This document shows, piece by piece, positions 56,036-64,000 of a stretch of DNA of 64,000 nt (its first letter is position 1; each line of letters opens with the position of its first letter). A program made the translations under genes and the position numbers. This DNA is from Pseudomonadota bacterium (GTDB lineage: Bacteria; Pseudomonadota; Alphaproteobacteria; JBCCHK01), in contig JBCCHK010000004.1 of the NCBI GenBank assembly GCA_039028835.1, forward strand, positions 2,497 to 66,496, written 5' to 3'. The notes under the pieces were generated by a model. The model ran no database searches. It was given only the letters and a program-made list of their open reading frames with translations, and had not been told where the DNA came from.

Positions 56036-57288
56036 GCGACGGATATCGCCGTGGGTGTTTCCTGCCACGCCAGGCAGGCCACCTGATGACAGCGAGTGCA
56101 GGACTCCCGCCAGTTTAGATACGGCGTCTGGCACGCGCTGCACACCCAAGCAGGCGGCAGAGGCGCCAAGCCTGCCTGGTTACGGTAATTCGAGGCCTTC
56201 TCGGGGTTGCCCTGGGCGTCTTCCACCTCAGCGAGCAAACGTAAGATCTGTTGATCGGCCCGCTTGGCAAGCGCGAGACGTAGGTGGCCGCGCGCCGCAG
56301 GGGCCATCTCGGCGGCCAGCTCGGCCTCGGCCAGCAGGACTTTGCCAGGCACGTAGGTCGGCAACAGGGTATGCAGATGCTCGAACGCCCGCACCCGCGC
56401 AAGGGCTTGGCCTACGGGTTGCGCCTCTTGCTTTTCTGGCTGGCGGCTGTGGGCATAGGCGCGGGCAATGTCCGGGTGCGGCGCAAGGATATACTTTTTT
56501 TCTAAAAACCGTTGGGCTTTTTTGGCCTGCTTGTTGTCCACGAGCAGACTCGCCAAGCAGGCAATGGCCGGAGGAAAGGTCGGGGTTTGCGCGAGGGCAG
56601 CGCGGGCACTTTGCAGCGCGGCGGGCAGATCGTCGTTCTTGGCCAGATGCCAAGCCCGGCCAATGGCCACGGTGGCCACGACCTGGGGCCCTTCAGGCAA
56701 GAGTTTTACGGCATCGATGGCGACTTTGTAGGCCTCATCCCAACGCGCGGTATCGAGCAGCAACCGCAGGCGGGTGCGCGCCAGCCAGGGGCTACGCTGA
56801 TCGAGTTGCGCGGCCTCATCGCACAAGGACAGGGCGCGTTCGGTGGCGCTGTCCTGCACGGCAAGCTCGATCAGGCCTCGCAGGCCCATAAAGCGCGTTT
56901 CTTCCCACTGACACAGGTCTTCAAAGGTTTTGATCGCCTCGGTTCCTTCGGCCTTTTGTGCTTGGATGAGGGCTGCGAGCTTTGGATCGGCCTTGCGCCG
57001 GGTCGGCAGAGCCGTCTGCCCCGCAGACAGGAGGGTTAAATCGCGCAAAAAGGTCTGTTGTTGGTGGCGCTGACGGCGTGCTTGCCGGGCCAGGCGGGCC
57101 CGATACCACAGCCCCGTGAGCCAACTAAGCACCAGGGCAAGTACCAAAACAATGAGGGCCAGGACCAGAGCACTGGTTTCGATCACAAAGCCAAACCAGG
57201 CCATGGTGATCTGCCCAGGATGAAAAGACAGCCACACGGCCACCAGGCCAATCACAGCGATTTTAATCAGGGTCCAGGGACTCATCAT
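55948..57288 (-). CDS. HemY-like protein (HemY_N membrane domain plus TPR, with a C-terminal zinc ribbon)
   Basis: N-terminal double TM segment (IKIAVIGLVAVWLSF...ALIVLVLALVLSWL), TPR-like helices, and CSACQTPYLNWRESCTRCH. It overlaps the 3' end of ispH by 88 bp. Confidence 0.78.
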   Translation of the reverse strand: MMSPWTLIKIAVIGLVAVWLSFHPGQITMAWFGFVIETSALVLALIVLVLALVLSWLTGLWYRARLARQARRQRHQQQTFLRDLTLLSAGQTALPTRRKADPKLAALIQAQKAEGTEAIKTFEDLCQWEETRFMGLRGLIELAVQDSATERALSLCDEAAQLDQRSPWLARTRLRLLLDTARWDEAYKVAIDAVKLLPEGPQVVATVAIGRAWHLAKNDDLPAALQSARAALAQTPTFPPAIACLASLLVDNKQAKKAQRFLEKKYILAPHPDIARAYAHSRQPEKQEAQPVGQALARVRAFEHLHTLLPTYVPGKVLLAEAELAAEMAPAARGHLRLALAKRADQQILRLLAEVEDAQGNPEKASNYRNQAGLAPLPPAWVCSACQTPYLNWRESCTRCHQVACLAWQETPTAISVAQPFELIATGVGGSRKLAGILKSTSSDAT

Positions 57289-57297
57289 GCATCTTGG

Positions 57298-58500
57298 CTA
57301 TGGTGCCGCCAGGGCCGTGAGGGCCACCAGCGCAGCAAGGGTGCGGTGCGCGTTCTCAAGCCAGGTGACGTTGGTCGTCGCTAAGGCCGGATCGTCTGTG
57401 ACCATGGTGATAGCCTTAGCAAGCGCACCATCAACAAGGGCTTGGGCGGCTTGCTGATAGAGCCCTTGCGGCGCGTCTTGCCGGCGGATAGTAATCAGAT
57501 TGGCGAGCTCGCCGCGCCAGCCCCCCGGCGGGGGCGGTTCGGCAAGGCTGGTCGCAAGCGTGGCCACTGGCGTGATCGGCCGCGGCGGCAGGGTGATATC
57601 GCGCATGGCCGCCAGCGGACGGAGCGCGTCGATCAAAGGGTCTAAGTCTGGCGCAGGGGTAGCGGTGAGCAGCAAAGCGCGGGTGTGACTGGCGGCGATT
57701 TGAATGAGCAGGGACGATGGATCTTGTGTGGTATTTTGGGTTTCTTCATTTTGGGCGTCTTCTTGAGCGCGCTCTTGTTGCAGGTTTTCTTGGTTGGCGA
57801 TTCGATCCTCAAGACTGGCCAGGTTGTCTTCCATCGCCGCGAGCGTGCCCGCCAGGGTGTCTTGCATGAGCAGGGCAAGACGCTCTTGGTCAAGGGCGGC
57901 CGCGGCTTGGGTGCTGGGCTCTATCGCGGTGGTTGCCGTGCGGGTGCGCAGGTCTTGTAGCTGCGCGGTGAGGTCGCGGATTGTCTGGCTATTTTGCTCT
58001 TGGTATTGCTCTTGTGTGGTGCTGTTTTGCGCGAGGCGCGCGGTCAGGCGTTCGTCTAGCTCCGTAAGGTCGCCCGCCAGATCATTCAGCTCGTCATTCA
58101 AGTCATCCAGGTGATCGTTGAGGTCGGCCAAACGTTGGGGCAGGGCCTCATGTTCAGCGGCATGGGTGGCGGCATGGGTGGCTGTCTCGTTCGTGTTTTG
58201 CCCAGAAAAGAAGGCTACCACCGGCGCGACTCCTGGGATATCGGGCAAGCGGGCGATACCGATGGCACCGGCGATGGCCAGCCCGAGCCCTACCACCAGA
58301 CCGATCAGCAAAAGGCGTAGGGCGGATTTGATCCGAGAGGGTTTCTTGTCCGAGGAAGATGCCCCTGTAGGGGTTTTTCTGGCGGTTTTTTTGCCTGTGG
58401 TTGCGGGGGCCGCAGGCTTGGTCTCAGACGTCTCAGGGACAGAAGGTGATGAGTCGGTCACGGCGTTTTTCATAGGTCGAGGCGGGTGTGATGTCATCAT
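57298..58500 (-). CDS. Alphaproteobacterial Mic60 (mitofilin)-like / HemX-position membrane protein
   Basis: Architecture of an N-terminal TM helix, a long acidic coiled coil, and a conserved C-terminal domain. It sits between hemD and hemY-like, the position reported for alphaMic60. Confidence 0.55.
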   Translation of the reverse strand: MMTSHPPRPMKNAVTDSSPSVPETSETKPAAPATTGKKTARKTPTGASSSDKKPSRIKSALRLLLIGLVVGLGLAIAGAIGIARLPDIPGVAPVVAFFSGQNTNETATHAATHAAEHEALPQRLADLNDHLDDLNDELNDLAGDLTELDERLTARLAQNSTTQEQYQEQNSQTIRDLTAQLQDLRTRTATTAIEPSTQAAAALDQERLALLMQDTLAGTLAAMEDNLASLEDRIANQENLQQERAQEDAQNEETQNTTQDPSSLLIQIAASHTRALLLTATPAPDLDPLIDALRPLAAMRDITLPPRPITPVATLATSLAEPPPPGGWRGELANLITIRRQDAPQGLYQQAAQALVDGALAKAITMVTDDPALATTNVTWLENAHRTLAALVALTALAAP

Positions 58501-58556
58501 ACGCCCGCGCTTTGGTTATCACAATTGCAGATATCGGCGGCATAATGCCCGTCTGG

Positions 58557-59279
58557 CTAAGATCCCACGCGATCGATTAATGCTAAGACAGCCTCGGCGG
58601 TCGGGTGTGTGGCCGCAAAGGTGTTATGAAAACCGACCTGTGTTGCGGCTTTGGCCACTGCATCAGAAAGACATAAAAGTGGCATGCTTAGGGCCCGTTC
58701 AGGCGCAAAGCGGGCAAAGGTATAGGCGCTTTGAATAGAAAATAGAAAAACGCCATCAATCTTACCGTGATTGAGTTTATACCACGCACGCATAGAAAAA
58801 GACTCAACCGGCCTGGCATCATAAAGATCAAGACCAGTCGCAGAAATCCCATGCGCCCCCAGAATATCGACCAGACCAGGGCCAGCGGCGCGATTGCGGA
58901 CATGCAAGAGCGGACCAGAATCAGGTTGCGCGATGATGAGTCTGGTAAGAGATGTGGCATCCCCACCATCAGCGGTGTGTATCGTCGTCCACCCTGCCTT
59001 ACGCGCCACCAGCGCGGTGCGCGTACCCACTGTAAAGGCAAGCCCGTCACCGACCTGCCCGCCAGCTTGCCGCCATAGGCGCGGGGCATTGGCACTGGTG
59101 AAAATAAAGCCGCGCCAAAAATTTTTGTCAGATTGAGCCAAGGCTTCACCCAATCCCGGCGGAGAGAGCAAAACAATCTCCAACACCGGGGCGATCACTG
59201 CGCGGTGGCCGCGGGCGCGAATCCGGCGAGCAAAGCGTTGCGCGTCGGCAATAGGGCGGGTGACGAGCCAAGTTCCCAT
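58557..59279 (-). CDS. hemD: Uroporphyrinogen-III synthase
   Basis: HemD-like length and pattern (LVTRP...A..FA..IRARGH, FTSANA, FLFSIQSA), in hem-cluster context. Confidence 0.75.
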   Translation of the reverse strand: MGTWLVTRPIADAQRFARRIRARGHRAVIAPVLEIVLLSPPGLGEALAQSDKNFWRGFIFTSANAPRLWRQAGGQVGDGLAFTVGTRTALVARKAGWTTIHTADGGDATSLTRLIIAQPDSGPLLHVRNRAAGPGLVDILGAHGISATGLDLYDARPVESFSMRAWYKLNHGKIDGVFLFSIQSAYTFARFAPERALSMPLLCLSDAVAKAATQVGFHNTFAATHPTAEAVLALIDRVGS

Positions 59280-59329
59280 ATCACCAACCTGGCTATGAGC
59301 GCGGCCGCGCGGCGGCAGACAACCAGGGT

Positions 59330-60469
59330 CTAGGTAAAAAAATCAAGGACGATAGTCTCATAGGCCTCGGCCAGGCGGATGATGTCTTGGGTGCGGGCAT
59401 GCTCATCGATCTGATGAATCGATCCGCCGGGCAAGCCAAACTCGGCCACGGGACAGTAATTTTTAATAAAGCGCGCATCCGAGGTGCCGCCGCCGGTGGA
59501 TTTTTGTGGGGACAAGCCGGTAGATTTTTCTATACTGCGCACCAAGTGTTGCACAAACGTATCACAAGAACATAGAAAAGAATCGCTCTGGCTGATCGTT
59601 TCAATTTTAATGCGTGCGCCAACCTTCTCAGCGTGGTGATGAATCTGTTCGAGCAACGAGGCGACGGTGTGCCGATCATTAAAGCGAATGTTAAAACTCG
59701 CCACAGCACGGCTGGGCACGATATTGGTGGCCGTATTGCCCACGTCGATGCTGGTCACCTCCAGGTGCGAGGGCTCAAAATCATCACTCCCTTCATCGAG
59801 CGGCGATGCCAAGACTTGCGCAAAAAGGCGCACCAACCGATTAACCGGATTATCATGCTTGGCAGGGTAGGCGACATGGCCTTGCTGGCCGTGAACGGTC
59901 AAACGCGCACTCAAGGTGCCGCGGCGGCCAATTTTCAAGGTATCACCGAGCGCATCGGTGCTGGTCGGCTCGCCCACCAAGCACACATCGGGAATCTCAT
60001 CACGGTCTTGCAGCCAGGTCATGCACTTGGCGGTGCCGTTAATCGCCAGAGTTTCCTCATCGCCCGTTAAGATCACGCCGATTGTGGCCCGGCTCGGGTC
60101 TAGGGTGCTCACAAGGCGAGACGCCGCCGCAATAAAGGCCGCCACGCAGCCCTTCATGTCTGCCGCCCCGCGCGCAATCAGGACCCCATCGCGCACCTCC
60201 CCGGCAAAGGGATCGACCGACCACAGGCTTTCATCTCCGGCGGGCACCACGTCGGTGTGCCCCGCAAAGGCAAAGCTGCGGGTGCCTTTTCCCCAGCGGG
60301 CATAAAGATTATGGATCGGCGGCGAGGTCGGGTCTTCAAACAGCAACGGGTGACAGGTAAAGCCGATGCTTGCTAAGGCTTCTTGCGCGGTGGTAAGGGC
60401 TCCATCATCCGTCGGCGCAATGGAGCGCGACCGCACCAATTGCCTTGCAAGAGCGACCGGATCGATCAT
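59330..60469 (-). CDS. dapE: Succinyl-diaminopimelate desuccinylase
   Basis: M20 peptidase motifs [18 protein letters not shown] and TGDEE, and it is adjacent to dapD. Confidence 0.9.
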   Translation of the reverse strand: MIDPVALARQLVRSRSIAPTDDGALTTAQEALASIGFTCHPLLFEDPTSPPIHNLYARWGKGTRSFAFAGHTDVVPAGDESLWSVDPFAGEVRDGVLIARGAADMKGCVAAFIAAASRLVSTLDPSRATIGVILTGDEETLAINGTAKCMTWLQDRDEIPDVCLVGEPTSTDALGDTLKIGRRGTLSARLTVHGQQGHVAYPAKHDNPVNRLVRLFAQVLASPLDEGSDDFEPSHLEVTSIDVGNTATNIVPSRAVASFNIRFNDRHTVASLLEQIHHHAEKVGARIKIETISQSDSFLCSCDTFVQHLVRSIEKSTGLSPQKSTGGGTSDARFIKNYCPVAEFGLPGGSIHQIDEHARTQDIIRLAEAYETIVLDFFT

Positions 60470-61302
60470 CGCAACAGGTCGTTGATCGCTGTTTTCGCGC
60501 GGGTCTGTGCGTCCACCGTCTTGACGATGACAGCGCAGGCCAGAGCCGGTCCCGGCGAGCCGTCGGGCAGAGGTTTGCCCGGCAAGCTGCCCGGTACCAC
60601 CACCGCGTAGGGCGGCACCTTGCCCCTGTGTATGGTGCCTGTTTGCCGATCGATGATCTTGGTGGATTGGCCGATAAACACCCCCATGGCCAAGACCGCG
60701 CCGGTGCCAACGATGACCCCTTCGGCGACTTCGCTACGGGCGCCGATAAAACAGTCGTCTTCGATAATCACAGGGCTGGCTTGCAACGGTTCGAGCACGC
60801 CGCCGATCCCTGCGCCGCCCGAGAGATGGACCCGCTTACCGATCTGAGCACAGGAGCCGACCGTCGCCCAGGTATCGATCATGGCTCCCTCATCCACATA
60901 GCCGCCGATGTTCACAAAACTGGGCATGAGGATCACGTCCTTGCCGATAAAAGCGCCGTGACGGACGCAGGTCGGCGGCACGGCGCGAAAGCTAGCCGCT
61001 TGGAAATCCTTTTCTTGCCAATCGGCAAACTTAGTCGGCACCTTGTCCCACCAGACCCCGCCATCGGGGCCGCCGGGCATAATCCGGCTTTCCTCTAGGC
61101 GGAAGGACAATAAAATGGCCATCTTGAGCCATTCGTTGACCTGCCAGGTCTCGCCGATTTTTTCTGCCACGCGGAGCGAGCCGTCGCTTAACCCGGTAAG
61201 CGCGGCGTGCACCCCATCGCGCACGTCGCCCGTGGTCTGTGAAGTGAGTGTCGCCCGATCAGTAAAGGCGGCGGTGATGAGTGCAGGGAGGTCTTGGGCC
61301 AT
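60466..61302 (-). CDS. dapD: 2,3,4,5-tetrahydropyridine-2,6-dicarboxylate N-succinyltransferase
   Basis: DapD N-terminal domain plus hexapeptide repeats ([43 protein letters not shown]). It overlaps dapE by 4 bp. Confidence 0.93.
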   Translation of the reverse strand: MAQDLPALITAAFTDRATLTSQTTGDVRDGVHAALTGLSDGSLRVAEKIGETWQVNEWLKMAILLSFRLEESRIMPGGPDGGVWWDKVPTKFADWQEKDFQAASFRAVPPTCVRHGAFIGKDVILMPSFVNIGGYVDEGAMIDTWATVGSCAQIGKRVHLSGGAGIGGVLEPLQASPVIIEDDCFIGARSEVAEGVIVGTGAVLAMGVFIGQSTKIIDRQTGTIHRGKVPPYAVVVPGSLPGKPLPDGSPGPALACAVIVKTVDAQTRAKTAINDLLR

Positions 61303-61392
61303 ACAAAAAGCGTCCTTATGGTGAGGGAACCTTGCTCGATATGGTGCGCGTTTTTCCCGTGTAACGCAATGCGCGCAGGGTCACAGAGTTTT

Positions 61393-62904
61393 CTATGCAC
61401 CGCGCGAGATACCGCGTAAATCTTCGGGCAGCAAATCTTGTGGGATATTTTGATAGCACACCGGACGCAGGAAGCGACGGACGGCCAAGGTGCCGACCGA
61501 GGTCGCGCCGAAGTTCGTGCTTGCCGGATAGGGGCCGCCGTGCACCATGCTGTCGGCGACCTCTACGCCGGTGGGAAAGCCGCCTGCGAGCACCCGCCCG
61601 GCCTTGCGCCGTAGGATCGGCAACAGCTCGGCCCCCATGGCGTGATCGTCCGGCGTCAGATGCATCGTGCAGGTCAACTGTCCCTCCAGAGACTCGGCCA
61701 TGGCGCGCATCTGCGCCACATCCGCCGCACGCACGATCACGCCATGGGGGCCGAAGACCTCCTGGGCGAGGACCTTGTTGGCCAGCCAGGTTGTCCCGTC
61801 GGTTTCGAACACGGCGGCTCTCGCCTCTCGCTTTTGGGCGGTGTCTGCAGTGATCTGGCGCACACCGGTCACGTCTGCGATCCGGGCACTGCTCGTGCGA
61901 TAGGCCTGGGCTATTGAATCGGTCAGCATGTTCTGTGCTACGCTGGCTGCCGCGGCTTTACCCGCCGCATCGATAAAAGCCTGGGCAGCCGGGCTTTCGA
62001 TCATGATGATGAGACCGGGATTGGTGCAGAACTGCCCCGCCCCCAAGGTTAAGGAGCCCACCCACCCGGCGGCAAGCTCTTGGGCGCTTTGCGCTAAGGC
62101 TTGAGGCAGAAGAAACACCGGGTTGATCGAGCCAAGCTCGCCAAAGAAGGGGATCGGCGCCTCGCGCTGGGCACACAGGTCAAACAAAGCGCGTCCGGCC
62201 TTGTGCGACCCGGTAAAGCCCACCGCCTGAATCAAGGGGTGCCCCACCAGGGCGTGCGCCACCGCATGGCTGTTGTCCTGGATGAACGAAAAGACCCCTG
62301 GCGGCATATCATGGGAGCGAACCGCCGCATCGATGGCTTGGGCGACGATCTCCCCCGTGCCGGGATGGGCCGGGTGGCCTTTGACGATGACAGGACAGCC
62401 AGCGGCCAAGGCACTGGCCGTATCGCCGCCCGCGGTGGAGAAAGCGAGGGGAAAGTTAGAGGCCCCAAAAACGGCCACCGGCCCGATGGGATGCTGGATG
62501 AGCCGCAAATCCGGGCGGGGCAACGGGGTGCGGTCCGGCAGGGCCGGATCGTGCTGGCGGTCAAGATAATCGCCCTTGCGGATATAGTCCGCAAAAAGGC
62601 GTAGCTGACCGACCGTCCGGCCGCGCTCGCCTTCAAGCCGTGCCTGCGGCAAACCGGTTTCGCGCATCGCAATCTCAGTTAAAGCTGCCCCGCGATCGTC
62701 GATCGCTTGGGCGATGGCATCCAGAAAGTCAGCGCGGGCCGCGCGGGAGAGGGTGCCGTAGCGCGTAAAGGCTTGCTCGGCGGCCTTACAGGCCTGCGCC
62801 GCCAAGTCCGGCGAGCCGATGCCGTAGGCATGGTCCTCAACGGTAAAGGTTTGCGGGCTTTGCACCCATTGTCCTGCGATCAGGTGGTTGCCGGTTATGC
62901 TCAT
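61393..62904 (-). CDS. NAD(P)-dependent aldehyde dehydrogenase (alpha-ketoglutaric semialdehyde dehydrogenase-like)
   Basis: ALDH motifs FTGSHKAGR, the Glu motif FGELGSINP, and the catalytic Cys motif GAGQFCTNPG. Confidence 0.85.
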   Translation of the reverse strand: MSITGNHLIAGQWVQSPQTFTVEDHAYGIGSPDLAAQACKAAEQAFTRYGTLSRAARADFLDAIAQAIDDRGAALTEIAMRETGLPQARLEGERGRTVGQLRLFADYIRKGDYLDRQHDPALPDRTPLPRPDLRLIQHPIGPVAVFGASNFPLAFSTAGGDTASALAAGCPVIVKGHPAHPGTGEIVAQAIDAAVRSHDMPPGVFSFIQDNSHAVAHALVGHPLIQAVGFTGSHKAGRALFDLCAQREAPIPFFGELGSINPVFLLPQALAQSAQELAAGWVGSLTLGAGQFCTNPGLIIMIESPAAQAFIDAAGKAAAASVAQNMLTDSIAQAYRTSSARIADVTGVRQITADTAQKREARAAVFETDGTTWLANKVLAQEVFGPHGVIVRAADVAQMRAMAESLEGQLTCTMHLTPDDHAMGAELLPILRRKAGRVLAGGFPTGVEVADSMVHGGPYPASTNFGATSVGTLAVRRFLRPVCYQNIPQDLLPEDLRGISRGA

Positions 62905-63935
62905 AGCTCGGAGTCCTTATTCCAATGGGTGACCATACGATGGGCCATGACGAACGCCGCCTTCATGGCACCCACCTCGGCCCGGTTTTGGCCGCTGATA
63001 TCAAACGCGGTACCGTGTGCTGGCGTGGTAACGGGCACAGGCAAGCCACCTTGTACCGTAACCCCGCGATCAAAGCCAAGCAACTTGAGCGCGATTTGTC
63101 CCTGGTCATGATACATGGTGACGACCGCATCGATCTCGCCCGCTATGGCCTTGAGGAACACGGTATCCGAAGGCCACGGGCCGGTCACGGTCATGCCCTT
63201 ATCGGCCATGGCGCGAACCGCCGGCGCGATGATCTCGATCTCTTCGGTACCGAAGTTCCCCCCGTCGCCTGCGTGGGGATTGAGTCCGGCGACCGCAACA
63301 CGCGGGTTCTCATAGCCTGCCCGGCGTAGCGTCTGATCGATCAAAAAGCTCGCGCGTTCGATCCGCGCACCGGTGATCGCGTCGGCCACGTCTTTAAGGG
63401 CGATGTGGCTGGTCACCCGACTGGTCCACATGGCATCTAGGGTGTTAAGTTCGGAAATATAGCCGCGCACCTCCAGTTTTTCTGCCATGTAATGGAGCTC
63501 ATCAGCATGACCAATGCCCGCCAGGTGCATCGAGGTCTTGTTCAACGGCGCGAAGACCAGAGCATCGATCGCTTTGTTCTTTATCAAGTCCAATGCGCGG
63601 TCAAGACAGCGCAAGGTAGATTGCCCCGAGGCTTTGCTATGGGTGGCGATGCTGACCTCGCTTGGCTGGATGGTGTGAAGGGCGTGCAGGGCAAAACCGT
63701 CATCGGGGGCAAAGACCGACGGTGGGGTGTCCTCATCACGCGAGACCTCCTGCATGACAAAGGGCTTGCCGGTTTGCTGTTGACCAAGCTCAAAGACGTG
63801 GCGATCGCCAATCAACAAAATATCAGCCCGCGCCCTCACGTCGGGGGCCGCCAGCAGTTTGGCAACCAGTTCAGGGCCGATGCCGCTGGGGTCGCCGGGA
63901 ATAATACCAATTTTGGGCGTCGTCTTTACCGTCAT
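62901..63935 (-). CDS. PdxA-family 4-hydroxythreonine-4-phosphate dehydrogenase-like enzyme (PdxA2 type, likely four-carbon acid-sugar catabolism)
   Basis: Motifs IGIIPGDPSGIGPEL, GLNPHAGDGG, YHDQG and TPAHGTAFDI. It overlaps the downstream ALDH gene by 4 bp. Confidence 0.82.
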   Translation of the reverse strand: MTVKTTPKIGIIPGDPSGIGPELVAKLLAAPDVRARADILLIGDRHVFELGQQQTGKPFVMQEVSRDEDTPPSVFAPDDGFALHALHTIQPSEVSIATHSKASGQSTLRCLDRALDLIKNKAIDALVFAPLNKTSMHLAGIGHADELHYMAEKLEVRGYISELNTLDAMWTSRVTSHIALKDVADAITGARIERASFLIDQTLRRAGYENPRVAVAGLNPHAGDGGNFGTEEIEIIAPAVRAMADKGMTVTGPWPSDTVFLKAIAGEIDAVVTMYHDQGQIALKLLGFDRGVTVQGGLPVPVTTPAHGTAFDISGQNRAEVGAMKAAFVMAHRMVTHWNKDSEL

Positions 63936-64000
63936 GGATTAGGGGTCTCCTGTCTCTCTTGAAGGGCGGCCTTGATGTTGTGGATGGCCGACGCCAGATG
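63932..64000 (-). CDS. 3' end of an unidentified gene running off the right edge (...HLASAIHNIKAALQERQETPNP*)
   Basis: My own translation. The frame is open to the window edge, and its TGA overlaps the pdxA-family ATG (ATGA). Confidence 0.3.
   Translation of the reverse strand, partial: HLASAIHNIKAALQERQETPNP

Noticed and set aside
1-64000. CRISPR arrays, rRNA or tRNA genes, IS elements, integrases and prophage genes.
   Set aside because: None was seen while reading both strands. The only repeats found are the short tandem and inverted repeats listed. A proper tRNAscan, Infernal or ISfinder run could still reveal small elements I missed.

Overview
High-GC (about 60% by eye) chromosomal segment, almost certainly from an alphaproteobacterium. 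The evidence is an ihfA-merR pair, alpha-type SspB, HemJ, COQ9-like and ELM1-like proteins, and a hemD / Mic60-like / hemY-like gene order. I can support about 60 protein-coding genes, mostly core housekeeping: ftsK, pstCAB, tkt, gap, infA, def, rmuC, ispG, ispH, gshA, lepA, glyQ, dapDE, ilvE and others. Many are linked by 4-bp ATGA start/stop overlaps. By eye I found no rRNA, tRNA, CRISPR array, transposase or integrase. Six things stand out. (1) An ~0.85 kb segment of about 30% GC between fdhA and pstC has a single ORF carrying a C-terminal RNxxxH (HEPN-type) motif, making it a candidate orphan toxin or abortive-infection gene. (2) A three-gene same-strand cluster (50.7-54.3 kb) encodes an OmpA-like protein, a MotA/ExbB-like channel with a coiled-coil tail, and a MotB-like protein with a very long coiled coil. 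It has no flagellar, Tol, Ton or Zorya partners in the window and is preceded by a 13-bp direct-repeat array. (3) The heptamer ATAGAAA/TTTCTAT is strongly over-represented, inside genes in all frames and clustered in several intergenic regions. (4) A ~0.7-0.9 kb ORF-free AT-rich spacer sits downstream of glyQ, where glyS would normally be. (5) A lysine-rich H1-like protein is built from ten 24-bp tandem repeats. (6) There are several unusual gene couplings and overlaps, plus a likely unannotated 49-aa ORF. All calls rest on reading the translations and the DNA. No database search was run.
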